Shown here: piece after piece, positions 9,763 through 19,333 of the stretch
Layout: every line of letters begins with the position of its first letter
Numbering within the stretch: position 1 is the stretch's first letter
NCBI GenBank assembly: GCA_963750165.1
Contig: CAVVPN010000011.1
Coordinates: 2,144,001 to 2,208,000, forward strand
Direction: 5' to 3'
Length of the DNA stretch: 64,000 nucleotides
Origin: an uncultured Gemmataceae bacterium
GTDB lineage: Bacteria; Planctomycetota; Planctomycetia; Gemmatales; Gemmataceae
Position numbers and translations under genes: made by a program
The notes under the pieces: model-generated
Told to the model about the DNA's origin: nothing
The model's database searches: none
What the model saw: the letters and a program-made list of their open reading frames with translations, nothing else

Positions 9763-10869
9763 TCAAGATGACGCTGCTGCTGGTTTGTGGCGATAGCGCC
9801 GACGCCATGCGTAGCCGATCATTCCCACCGCACCGATGCCGAGAAGGGTTAGTGAAGAGGGTTCAGGGGTGGCGGCTGCGAACTGGTATTCAAAGGCTTG
9901 TGTTTGACCGTTGGTGTCGATGTAGTATCCGACGGCTGTGCTGCCGTCTATCGCCGCCAACCCGGTGGTGCCTGTCGTGCCGGGGTAGTCGAGGGTGATG
10001 TAGGTTGAACCATCGTAGATAAAGCCATGCGTTCCGGTCGCATCCTGGAAAGAGCCAACCACATCGTTGCCGGATACAGCGGCCGGCTGGGTCGAAGCTG
10101 CGCCGGGAACGCTGATTGTGGAGTAAGTCGAGCCGTTGTACGAAAACCCTTGGAAGTTGCCGCTGCTGTCTTTGTAGTAGCCAACTACTGTGCTCCCTGA
10201 AATGCCATTGGCTTCGGTATAGTTCGATCCGGGGAAATTGAGAACGCTATAGGACGAGCCATCGTAAAGAAAGCCGTGAATGTCACCTAACGCGCCGCTG
10301 CCGGCGTCGCTCACGAATCCCACGACCTTGTTGCCAGAGATTGCGGTCGCAATCGTATCAAACTCCCCTGGGACGGCGAGCGTCGTGAATGCCCCTGAAT
10401 TGTAAATAAATCCGCTGTATTGGCCAGTGCCAGGTTGAGAATTGCCGATAATGTTGTTGCCGGAGATGCCGGTAGTTTCGGTGTAGGTCGCACCCGGTAC
10501 GTCGATGGCGGTATAGGTCGATCCGTTTATTGTGTAGAGAAATCCGTGGAAGTTAAGGCTGGCGTCCTCGTAAATACCGACGATGTTGTTACCGGAGACG
10601 CCCCGCAGGGTCGTACCTGGGATTTGCGTTTGGTTTGGGAGTGTCACTGAGCCAGGGTAATTGATCGTCGTGTAGGTCGAGCCGTTGTACAAGAATCCTT
10701 GCGTAGTGCTACCGTTGGAATAATAGCCGACCACGTTGTTGCCAGAGACGGATGTCGCTTGCGAACTGACCGATCCCGGTGGATTGATTTGGATGAAACC
10801 AGCAGATGCCTCGGTGGCTTGCAAAAGAAGCGCGAAGGCCATAGCAAAGGCGAAAGGTGTATCTTTCAT
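9763..10869 (-). CDS. PEP-CTERM surface protein with beta repeats
   Basis: Signal peptide, repeats of GISGxxVVG…HGFLYDGSTY…VPG, C-terminal TPEPSSLTLLGIGAVGMIGYAWRRR. Alternative TTG start at 10902. Confidence 0.9.
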   Translation of the reverse strand: MKDTPFAFAMAFALLLQATEASAGFIQINPPGSVSSQATSVSGNNVVGYYSNGSTTQGFLYNGSTYTTINYPGSVTLPNQTQIPGTTLRGVSGNNIVGIYEDASLNFHGFLYTINGSTYTAIDVPGATYTETTGISGNNIIGNSQPGTGQYSGFIYNSGAFTTLAVPGEFDTIATAISGNKVVGFVSDAGSGALGDIHGFLYDGSSYSVLNFPGSNYTEANGISGSTVVGYYKDSSGNFQGFSYNGSTYSTISVPGAASTQPAAVSGNDVVGSFQDATGTHGFIYDGSTYITLDYPGTTGTTGLAAIDGSTAVGYYIDTNGQTQAFEYQFAAATPEPSSLTLLGIGAVGMIGYAWRRRYRHKPAAASS

Positions 10870-11252
10870 GGTGCTACCAAAAAAGTAGGAGCGACGAACC
10901 AAAGCCGCTCCTCAAACCCGACCAAGGGTGCTACAGAACGGACCCTGGCCGCCGCCCCTTTCGGGGCGTGGCTTGGTCCGCTTCTGTAGCTTCAAGAGCG
11001 TTTCCGCTCAGGTTGGTCGTTTGAAGAAGCGAAGCCATGCTCAACGCATGGTTCAAATTGTCAACGGGCCTTGTCTGGCCCGGTCAATGCTCTGGCACTC
11101 TCCGTCGTCCGAGGATGCATGAACAGCAGTTGGCCCAGCGCCAACCGCACCACCTGGGAGTCTACACGAGGCGCGCGACCGACGCTAGATGCCTGAACGG
11201 GAATTTGCGAATCGACAAGCGGCCGGGGTGGGCAGCCCCGACCGATGCCGTC

Positions 11253-11567
11253 TTACGCGACCGATGCCCCCGCGACCTCCGCGAACGCCAGGACGCGGCG
11301 AATGCGGTTGGCGGGTACGTCGTTGACGCTGTACCACAGCCCTTTCCTCGACCGCCGCAACCAGCGCCGCGGCACGTTCAACTCCAGGACCACCACCTGC
11401 TCGACTCGACCGCCGTGGCGCTTGACCGTGTGCAGGGTTGCCCAGCTGGACTTGTTCAGCGAGTGCAGCCATACCACCTTGAGCCTACCCTTGCTCTTGC
11501 AACAGAGCAAGCCGCCCTTCAGGATGCTGGCCAGATTGCGGGCGAGCGTTGCGTGGCGAATCTTCAT
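11253..11567 (-). CDS. Minimal Tpt1/KptA-like ADP-ribosyltransferase-fold protein
   Basis: RHAT…NLASILKGGL…VWLH…RHG…VVLELNV…VPANRI follows the Tpt1 NAD-binding lobe pattern. Confidence 0.65.
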   Translation of the reverse strand: MKIRHATLARNLASILKGGLLCCKSKGRLKVVWLHSLNKSSWATLHTVKRHGGRVEQVVVLELNVPRRWLRRSRKGLWYSVNDVPANRIRRVLAFAEVAGASVA

Positions 11568-11630
11568 GGCCGGTGCCCTCCTGTAGCAAGCGGGGCGGGG
11601 TTGTGGTCCCCCGCCCCGTGGTTGCGTTGG

Positions 11631-11943
11631 TTAGAGATTTCCGGCCGCCTGCAACGCCGCGAGTCCCGAGGCGTGCTTGCAGTGTTTCCACTTCAAGAAC
11701 CCCTTGCACTCGCAACTGTGCCCGTCCGCAGTTCAGGTTGACGTGGTACTCGTCCTCGCTTCCCACCTTCGACACTCGGAAACCGCTGCCGAAGTCGCTG
11801 GCCACCTTCGCCACAAGGTAGCGGTCGAGTTTGCCGTTCTGGCGAATCTCAACCACCCCTGACGAACCCGGCTCGCTTCCGATGGGCAGGGCCAGCTTGA
11901 TCGTCCGTTGACGCGCCTTGCGGGTTTTCGTTACCGTAGCCAT
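11631..11943 (-). CDS. SWIM zinc-finger protein (one frameshift near 11730)
   Basis: After YHVNLN the shifted frame reads DGHSCECKGFLKWKHCKHASGLAALQAAGNL* (CxC…CxH). Confidence 0.75.
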
Positions 11944-12138
11944 TGCGATTCCTCTTCTTCAGGAATTGCCACGGGCCGGGGTGTTACAAGCACCGCCGGC
12001 CCACTTTCGTTTCGGACCCGTTTGCCTCCTCTCCGTTTGGCGTGGCGGGAACCAGTCCCCCGCGCCCGTGTCCCGCTCTCCCTCCCGGTTCCCCGGTTCC
12101 GAGCGGCATCTTGTCAAAGAACTGGGCTTGATTGCCTG

Positions 12139-12537
12139 TTACTGCTTCTTCTTGCCGCCCTTAGCCGCCGGCTTGCGCGTCAGGCCCAGCGCCTCCAACT
12201 CGTCGTCGCTGAACGCCGCCAACTTGGCGGCGACCGCCTCCTTGGTGACCGGTGCCGCCTTGGTGCCGGTGCTGGCGCTGTAGCCGTCGAGCTGGGCGGC
12301 TCTGCTGATGGCGGGGTCGTATCCGATGGCCAGGATCCACCCCTTCACCTCACCCTTAATCGCGATCTCGAACGCGCGAGTGTTCTTGGGCGGGTTGGCG
12401 GGTTTGGCTGCCAGCGCCTCGTCGCGCGTGGCAAACAGCTGCTTGGGCAGCTCATCCCGAGTGGTGGCGGTGGTCTCGGGGGCCGTGGCCTGGTCCGTTG
12501 CCGTTGTGTTCGTGGTCGTGTTCGTCGTGTCGGTCAT
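12139..12537 (-). CDS. Hypothetical protein, first gene of the leftward operon
   Basis: 132 aa, RBS, coding-like codon usage, Thr-rich N-terminus and basic C-terminus. Confidence 0.7.
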   Translation of the reverse strand: MTDTTNTTTNTTATDQATAPETTATTRDELPKQLFATRDEALAAKPANPPKNTRAFEIAIKGEVKGWILAIGYDPAISRAAQLDGYSASTGTKAAPVTKEAVAAKLAAFSDDELEALGLTRKPAAKGGKKKQ

Positions 12538-12617
12538 GGTCGTTCCCCTTTTCGTAAACCGTCGGGGCCGGGCCGGGCGGGAAACCCCCGCCCCGTTGCC
12601 CGCGCCCATCTACCCTA

Positions 12618-12722
12618 ATGATACCGAAACTTCGGTAGTGAGTCAAGTCCAGTAGTACCGAAAATTCGGTATTCCGCAACCCGAATACCGGACTTGAATT
12701 ACTACCGAAGTTTTGGTACAAT
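12618..12722. promoter_or_regulatory. Divergent sigma70 promoters with three palindromic operators
   Basis: TACCGAA-NN-TTYGGTA at 12622, 12656 and 12703. Left promoter TTGACT-17-TATCAT; right promoter TTGAAT-17-TACAAT. Confidence 0.85.
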
Positions 12723-12746
12723 GGGCGGCGAAAGGAGGGAAACCCC

Positions 12747-13001
12747 ATGACCACGTTCGGCGAGAAGTTGAGGGAACTACGGGACGCGGCCGGGATGACG
12801 CAGACGGCGCTGTCAGAGGCCGCGGGTGTACCCATCGGCACAGTGCGGGACTACGAGCAGGGGGTGCGCGACCCGCTGCTCTCTAACGCCCAGCGCCTGG
12901 CGAAGGCGCTGGGCGTCAGTCTCGACGTGTTCCCCCCGACGGTGCCGCGACCGAAGAAGGGGAGAGGTAAGGCGAGGGGCAAGAAGGGGGGTGGGAAATG
13001 A
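12747..13001 (+). CDS. XRE-family HTH repressor
   Basis: FGEKLRELRDAAGMTQTALSEAAGVPIGTVRDYEQGVRDP; GGAGG RBS. Confidence 0.92.
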   Translation: MTTFGEKLRELRDAAGMTQTALSEAAGVPIGTVRDYEQGVRDPLLSNAQRLAKALGVSLDVFPPTVPRPKKGRGKARGKKGGGK

Positions 13002-13156
13002 TTAGCGCGAAGGACGAGTTGCACCACCTGGCGGACTGCATGTCTGAGGAGGAGTGCGAGCGGGCATTTGAGCTACTGCGGCAGGCCGGGATGACCGGAC
13101 CCCAAGACGATGACGAGCCTGACGAGCCAACCACTGTGGATGAGGACAAGCAATGA
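12998..13156 (+). CDS. 52-aa acidic protein between repressor and recombinase (not in the ORF track)
   Basis: MISAKDELHHLADCMSEEECERAFELLRQAG…; ATGA start/stop overlaps with both neighbours. Confidence 0.6.
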   Translation: MISAKDELHHLADCMSEEECERAFELLRQAGMTGPQDDDEPDEPTTVDEDKQ

Positions 13157-14923
13157 GCACCACGAACGGCAACGGCAAGCTGGACCTCGACCGGGCTTGC
13201 CTCTACCTGCGCAGGTCCACCGATGACCAAGTGCAGTCCATCGACCGCCAGCGCGGCCAGACCACCGCCTACGCCGCCGCCAGGGGCTACCGCGTCATCC
13301 GGGAATACACCGATGAGGGGATCGCCGGCGACGTGTTCGACCGCCGCCCCGACTTCCAGGAGATGCTCGCCGCCGCCGGGCGGGGCGAGTTCGAGGTCAT
13401 CGTCGTCGATGAGCCATCTCGCCTGTCTCGGCAGAACCCCATTGATCTAATCGAGAAGGTCATCGCCCCCTTGCGGCGTTCGCGCGTCCGCATCGACACC
13501 GCCTCCAAGGGGGTGCTCGATTACGAGTCGCTGGCCGGCATTATCATGATGACGGTCCACGCCCACAAGTCGGAGGACGAGTCGCGCGACCTGTCCCGCC
13601 GCAGCCTGGGCGGCATCACACGGCGGGCGCAAGCCGGCCTCTGGTTCGGCTGGATACCGCCCTTCGGTCTGCGGATCGTCCGCGAGACGGACCCCGCCTC
13701 CGCCAAGGTGACGGCGCGAAAGTGCATCCACGGACCCGATGAGGAGGTGAACGCCGTCCGCTTCATCTTCGACGCCGTAGCCAACCGGGGCTGGTCGCTG
13801 CGGCAAGTGTGCCGTGAACTGGAGGCCCGCGGCGTCAAACCGCCCGCCGGCAACGGCCGCGGGGCGAACAAGGCCGGGGGCAGCTGGAACCCCGGCACCG
13901 TGCGGAAGATTCTCACCAACCGCAAGTACGTCGGCGACCTGACATACAACGTCACCCACCAGGGGAAGTATTCTTTCCTCTCCGGCGGTCGCGTCGAGGC
14001 GCACGGCGTCATCAACCGCCGTGTCAGCCGCAACCCCGATGAGGACATTGTTGTCGTGCCTGTCCCGGACCTCATCCTGCCGCTGATCGACCGCGACACC
14101 TTCACGCGCGCCGGCGTCGCCCTGTCCCTGGCGCAGAAGCGGACCACCCCCGGCACCGCCGCCCGCTACCTGTTCACTCACCTGCTTGTCTGCGGTGACT
14201 GCGGCTCGTTCATGCGCGGCCAGCCCGACCACGGCCACAAGGGGTACATCTGCTCCCGGTACAAGGAGTATGGCAAGTGCAGCCGCAACACCGTGGGTGA
14301 AGAACACCTCAAGCGGTCACTGCTGACGGCCCTGCTCGACGACATCCTCAACCCGAAGCGGCTCGACGAGGTAGAGGCGGAAGTGGAACGCCGTATCAAG
14401 TCGGAGCGCTGTTCCGGCGAGGCGGATCGTATCCGGCGCCAGGTCGCCGCCCTCGATAAGGACATCGCGCAGGGCAACATCAACCTCGCGCTTGCCCGAA
14501 GACCGTCACCCCGGCGTCATCAACCAGTTACGTCTGTGGGAGGGCGAGCGAGCCGGGCTGCTGTCCCGCCTGAACGACTTGGAGCACGGAGCCGAGCACG
14601 AAAAGGCGGTGCTGGCCGAAGCGCGCCGGCAGCTGTGGCGTCTGCGGGAGGCACTGGAGGGGGACGACGAGGAGGCGCAGGCGACCGTCTTGCGTGAGGT
14701 GGTCACGAAGGTTGAAGTCCGCTTCACCCACGAGCGGACCCACGGCAAGCGCAGCCCCACGGGCGAGGGCCGCGTCCTCAGCCGGGCGGCCGGGGCGGTG
14801 CTGTACGTTCGGCCCGGCCTTGGTTTATCCCACTTGTTTACTTCGGATTCCAGAAATCCGGCTCGCGGCGGTGCATCAGGCCGTGCCAGTAACTGCCGGT
14901 CGGCGTCGCGATGTCCTGGCTGA
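13153..14923 (+). CDS. Large serine recombinase/integrase (frameshift near 14490)
   Basis: YLRRST catalytic motif, DEPSRLSR, recombinase domain (ILTNRKYVG), Zn ribbon CGDCG…YIC, coiled coil. Adding GC at ~14490 gives NLARLPEDRHP and joins ORF 14492-14923. Confidence 0.95.
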
Positions 14924-15146
14924 GAGCGTGGCTTTCGTCCAGGAAATTGTGGTACAGCCACAGTCCCGCCAGGCAGCATCGGGCCATGTCGCGGTCGTGA
15001 ACGCGGTGCGGCGCCAGCAGCGCTTCTGGCGTCAGCGTCGCCAGGCGGCCGCGCATGGCTTCGTCCGGCTGTCCGGGGCCGAGCGGGCAGAGTTGTTCCG
15101 GCGTCAGCAGTTCGGTAAGCGCGGCGGGCAGTGGGATGTCGGGCAC
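14848..15146 (-). pseudogene. 5' half of the conserved hypothetical gene interrupted by the element
   Basis: CLAGLWLYHNFLDESHALSQ…SYWHGLMHRREPDFW, then an element-derived stop at 14838-14840. Confidence 0.9.
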
Positions 15147-15193
15147 GGCGGCATACCTTCGTCAGCGAGTCGTCAGGGGGGTCGGGGCCGGCG

Positions 15194-15451
15194 TCACACG
15201 AGCACTTCCTCGCGGTAGAACTCAAAGGCAGTGTTCCACGCCTCGTACTCCGACGGCAGCGGTTCCTGGGACACGAGCACATCGGGGCCGTCGGCCGTCT
15301 GGCGCAGGCCGCCTTTCCAGCCGCCGTCCGCCTTTTCGATGCGGATGAACGCCTCACGCAGATTGGGGCCGGTCAGCCGGTAGAGGTTGGGACCGACCTC
15401 CTCCGCCTTGCACTGCCGCTGCTTGAACCACGAGGGGAGCACCAGGGCCAT
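15194..15451 (-). CDS. Hypothetical protein
   Basis: 85-aa ORF with RBS and coding-like codon usage. Confidence 0.7.
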   Translation of the reverse strand: MALVLPSWFKQRQCKAEEVGPNLYRLTGPNLREAFIRIEKADGGWKGGLRQTADGPDVLVSQEPLPSEYEAWNTAFEFYREEVLV

Positions 15452-15541
15452 CGCTGTCGATTCTCCGCCGTTGTGCCTGGGAATGGTGACACCCAGACAG
15501 GGTATGAACCCCGAGCGCGATCACCAAGCGGCCCGGCCGGC

Positions 15542-15757
15542 TCAGCGCCTCCAGGTGTCCGGCACCGCGGTGTCGGTGTACGGCAACAAGTACCGCGACT
15601 GGTCGGGCAGTGACAGCCGATCGCGCTCGCGGCGCTGCTGCTCATAGGTCGGCACGGCGGGATCGTCGATTCGCTGCGGCTGCCGCGGGGCCAGCGGCCC
15701 CACGGTGTTCTGACAACCCGCCAACAGCACTATACCCAGCAACACCAGCTTGCGCAT
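15542..15757 (-). CDS. Small lipoprotein
   Basis: MRKLVLLGIVLLAGC lipobox. Confidence 0.75.
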   Translation of the reverse strand: MRKLVLLGIVLLAGCQNTVGPLAPRQPQRIDDPAVPTYEQQRRERDRLSLPDQSRYLLPYTDTAVPDTWRR

Positions 15758-16028
15758 GTCGCGCCTTCCTTTCGGGGTGGGGAGGATGGCCTGGTCCTGG
15801 CTCCCCAATAATATCGAGCGTTGCCGCGCCTGAATCGCCTCGCCACGGGAAAATGCGGCCCCAGCGTTGACGCCGCCCGCGTGTGGCCGGCATAACCGGC
15901 ACAACCTTCGCCGTCCGCCGCAACTTGTGGCCGGCCGTCGCAGTTTGTAGGATGGGGGTGAGCACTGCCGGGGGAACCCACCTGTAAATGGCTGCTCGCC
16001 ATCCGCAACCCATTCCACGAGCGACGCC

Positions 16029-17096
16029 ATGAGCATCGGGACCAAAAACGACTTCGACTCCGAGGACTATTTCAAAGACACGCGCATGTCGTTCGGCGAC
16101 CACCTCGAAGACCTGCGCGTCCACCTGTGGCGGGCGGTCATCGGCTTCCTGATCGGGGTGATCGCCGCGTTTTTCTTCGGCAACAAGATTGTGGAGTTCA
16201 TCGCCTGGCCAGTCGAGCAGCAACTCGGCAAGTTCTACGAGCGGCGCCTGGAACTCGTCGAGGAGAAACTGAAAAAGGAGGACCCGGACATCCTCCGCTT
16301 GAACGAGCCGAAGCCCCTCAAAATGTACATGGCCCGGAGCGACTTCGAGCGCCTGTTCAAGGTGAAGGTAGATAACGCCGACGTGGTGAAAACGGGCGGC
16401 GGCGAGCGCGTGCTGCTGCCGATGGAATTCCCGCCCGTGGAACTGGCCCTGCAGGGCAAGGGCGCCCAGGACATCGTCGGCCGCCGCCCGACCCTGTCCA
16501 CGCTGAGCGTGCAGGAAGCGTTCATGGTCTACTTCAAGGTGTGCCTGGTCGCCGGCCTGGTGCTGGCCAGTCCGTGGGTGTTCTACCAGATCTGGTCGTT
16601 CGTCGCCGCCGGCCTGTATCCGCATGAGAAGCGCTACGTCAACATCTTCCTGCCTGTCAGCCTCGGCCTGTTCCTGGCCGGCGTGCTGGTGTGTCAGTTC
16701 ATTGTCATCCCCAAGGCGATCGAGGCGCTGCTGTGGTTCAACGAGTGGATGGGCCTGGAGCCGGACATGCGGCTCAACGAATGGCTCGGCTTCGCCATCA
16801 TGATGCCGGTGGTCTTCGGCGTCTCCTTCCAGACGCCGCTGGTCATGCTCTTCCTGGAGCGCATCGGCGTCGTGGACGTGGCGCTGTTCCAGCGCGGCCG
16901 GCGCGTCGCCTACTTTGTCCTGGCGGTGTTCGCCGCGGTGGCGTCGCCGTCGGTGGACGCACTGAGCATGCTCTACCTGTGGGTGCCGCTGTGCTTCCTG
17001 TATGAGATGGGCATCGTCCTGATTCGGATGGCGCCGAAGCGGCCCGAGTGGACCGACGCCGATGAGGCCGAGGTCCGGGAGTTGATTGAGGTGTGA
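16029..17096 (+). CDS. tatC: Twin-arginine translocase subunit TatC
   Basis: MSFGDHLEDLR, YQIWSFVAAGLYPHEKRY, FGVSFQTP. Confidence 0.95.
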   Translation: MSIGTKNDFDSEDYFKDTRMSFGDHLEDLRVHLWRAVIGFLIGVIAAFFFGNKIVEFIAWPVEQQLGKFYERRLELVEEKLKKEDPDILRLNEPKPLKMYMARSDFERLFKVKVDNADVVKTGGGERVLLPMEFPPVELALQGKGAQDIVGRRPTLSTLSVQEAFMVYFKVCLVAGLVLASPWVFYQIWSFVAAGLYPHEKRYVNIFLPVSLGLFLAGVLVCQFIVIPKAIEALLWFNEWMGLEPDMRLNEWLGFAIMMPVVFGVSFQTPLVMLFLERIGVVDVALFQRGRRVAYFVLAVFAAVASPSVDALSMLYLWVPLCFLYEMGIVLIRMAPKRPEWTDADEAEVRELIEV

Positions 17097-17195
17097 AGAT
17101 GAGGGGGTGAGGGGGTGAGGGAGTGAGGGGTGAAAGAGCAATGCTTCCGTCTTTCACCCCCTCACCCCTCACCCCCCTCACCCCCCTCATCTTCA
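17094..17195. repeat. REP-like inverted repeat with (GGGGTGA)n arms
   Basis: tgaagatgagggggtgag… versus …ctcacccccctcatcttca. Confidence 0.7.
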
Positions 17196-17216
17196 TTCCG
17201 TCACGGGAATGAAGTC

Positions 17217-18761
17217 ATGACCACCCCTGAACCCCTGGTCACGCTCGTCGGCGCCGGCCCCGGTCACCCTGGGCTGCTGACGCTGCGCGGCGCCGAGTGC
17301 CTGGCACGCGCCGACCTGGTGGTTTACGACAAACTGGTGCCGCCGCGTTTGCTGGAGCATGCCCCGCCGGCCGCCGAGCGCGTCTGCGTCGCCGACCTGT
17401 GCCCGATCCACGGCGAGCGCATCCTGGTCGGCCACTACCTGGCGGAGGCGGCACGGCAGGGGCGGCGCGTGGTGCGACTCAAGGGCGGCGACCCGTTCCT
17501 GTTCGGCCGCGGCGGCGAGGAAATCGAAGTGCTGCGCCAGGCCGGCGTCGCCTTCGAGGTGGTGCCCGGCGTCACCGCGGGCCTCGGCGCAACCGCCTGC
17601 GCCGGCATTCCGGTGACACACCGCGCCTTCGCCAGCGCCGTCGCCTTCATCACCGGCCACGAGAACCCCGCCAAGCCCGAAACCGTTCTCGACTGGCAGG
17701 TGTTGGCCCGCTTCCCCGGCACGCTGGTCCTGTACATGGGCATGGCCCGGCTGACGCAGATCGTCCGCACGCTGGTGGACAACGGCAAGGCCGCGGACAC
17801 GCCCGCCGCGGCCATCCACTGGGGCTCCACGAACCTGCAACAAACCGTCGAGGCGACGCTCAGCACGCTGCCCGCCGCGGTGCAGGCCGCCGGGATGACC
17901 GCTCCGGCGCTGATCGTCATTGGCCCGGTGGTGCGGCTGCGGTCACAGCTGGCCTGGTTCGAGCGGCGGCCGCTGTTCGGCCATCGCGTGCTGGTGACCC
18001 GGCCACGACACCAGGCCGGCGATCTGGTGCAGCGCCTCGAAGAACTGGGCGCCGTCCCGTATGTGCTGCCGACCGTCGAAATCCGCGAACCGGCCGACTG
18101 GGTGCCCGTGGACCGGGCACTGGCGCAACTGACGCGCTACCGCTGGCTGGTGTTCACCAGTGTCAACGGCGTGGAGGCGTTCCTGCGACGGCTGCGGCAC
18201 ACCGGCCGTGACCTGCGGGCGCTGGGCCATCTGAAACTGGCGGCCATCGGCCCGAGCACCGCGGAGGCGCTGCGTCGCTACTTCCTGGAACCGGACCTGG
18301 TGCCGGCGGAGTATCGCTCCGAAGCGCTGGCTGCGGCGCTGCGCGAGCGCGTCGCCGGTCAAGCGGTGCTGCTGGCGCGGGCCGACCGCGGCCGCGATGT
18401 GTTGCGGCAGGAGCTGGCGCAGGTTGCCGAGGTGGAGCAGGTAGCAGTGTATGCGCAGGTGGACGCGGTGGAGGCGGATCCGGCGGTGCTGGACGCGCTG
18501 CGCCGCGGCGAGATTGACTGCGTGACGCTCACCAGCGCCAACGTGGCGCGCGGCTTCGTGCGTTTGCTGGACGAGCCGGGCCGGCGGCGGTTGGAGTCGG
18601 GGGAGGTGAAGCTGGTGAGCATCAGCCCGGTGACCAGCGCGGCGCTGGCGGAACTGGGCTTGCCGGTGGCGGCGGAGGCGGCGGAGTACACCACGGCCGG
18701 CGTGATCGCGGCGCTGCTCCGCCTGGCGGAACCGCAGCGGGCGGTCAGCGCAGGTCCTTGA
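17217..18761 (+). CDS. cobA: Uroporphyrinogen-III C-methyltransferase / synthase (CobA-HemD fusion)
   Basis: LVGAGPG, VVRLKGGDPFLFGRGGEE, then HemD VLVTRP…FTSVNGV. Confidence 0.95.
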   Translation: MTTPEPLVTLVGAGPGHPGLLTLRGAECLARADLVVYDKLVPPRLLEHAPPAAERVCVADLCPIHGERILVGHYLAEAARQGRRVVRLKGGDPFLFGRGGEEIEVLRQAGVAFEVVPGVTAGLGATACAGIPVTHRAFASAVAFITGHENPAKPETVLDWQVLARFPGTLVLYMGMARLTQIVRTLVDNGKAADTPAAAIHWGSTNLQQTVEATLSTLPAAVQAAGMTAPALIVIGPVVRLRSQLAWFERRPLFGHRVLVTRPRHQAGDLVQRLEELGAVPYVLPTVEIREPADWVPVDRALAQLTRYRWLVFTSVNGVEAFLRRLRHTGRDLRALGHLKLAAIGPSTAEALRRYFLEPDLVPAEYRSEALAAALRERVAGQAVLLARADRGRDVLRQELAQVAEVEQVAVYAQVDAVEADPAVLDALRRGEIDCVTLTSANVARGFVRLLDEPGRRRLESGEVKLVSISPVTSAALAELGLPVAAEAAEYTTAGVIAALLRLAEPQRAVSAGP

Positions 18762-18927
18762 AGGCGTCCCAGGACAGGTACAGGACGATGGCGCAGGAGA
18801 TGATACCCAGGATGTTGACGAGAATGCTGAGGCCGCCGAAGGGGAATTTCAGGGGGATGTCAATCAAGAACAGAAGCAGAAGCAGCCCGGAAACCCCCAT
18901 GGAGGCCCAGCACAACCACTTTTCCAT
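18745..18927 (-). CDS. Small two-TM membrane protein
   Basis: 60 aa with two hydrophobic helices and an RBS. Confidence 0.7.
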   Translation of the reverse strand: MEKWLCWASMGVSGLLLLLFLIDIPLKFPFGGLSILVNILGIISCAIVLYLSWDAFKDLR

Positions 18928-19147
18928 CGACAGCCCCTTCACGGCCCACATATGCTGTTCTCTCGACCCAAGGTGCCTGGGTCCATGGTTTTTCGCGCCG
19001 GAGCGCGTGGCTTCTCCTTTGACCGTCCCAACATTGTAGCGGTTCACCGGCCCGCTGCAACCCGCGCGCCGGCCGAAAATGGCACCCCCCACGTCTGCTG
19101 CCGGGTAGTCTTGTTACAGCCCGCACAACCGGCGTTCTTTTCCGCCG

Positions 19148-19205
19148 CTGGTCGGAGCCCGAGCGCCAGCGCGGGGCCCCGCGCTGGCGCTCGGGCTCCG
19201 ACCAG
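19148..19205. repeat. Perfect 58-bp palindrome, REP-like; sister copy at 54930-54982
   Basis: ctggtcggagcccgagcgccagcgcgggg followed directly by its exact reverse complement. Confidence 0.85.
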
Positions 19206-19333
19206 AAGCGAGCGCAGTCATTCTGGCTTTTTCCGCCAGATCGTGTTATATCGAACGGGCCGAGGTTGCCTTTCTTGATGGACGCCGGCGTTCGGCTGCG
19301 ATCTCCAATAGCTGTTTCAAGCCCGGGGTGTCG

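Larger units (their letters stand above)
3164..14851. mobile_element. Serine-recombinase integrative element (satellite/IME-like), 11,684 bp plus one core copy
   Basis: TTCC core at 3164-3167 and 14848-14851, split host gene on both sides, dyad-symmetric reconstructed attP, and internal recombinase, XRE repressor, HTH and prim-pol genes. Confidence 0.92.

Noticed and set aside
10940..10980. c-di-GMP-I riboswitch
   Set aside because: Has a GAAA hairpin but lacks the GGCAAA…GACGCAAAG consensus
3164..14851. Complete prophage or ICE
   Set aside because: No capsid, terminase, tail, relaxase or T4SS genes are recognisable
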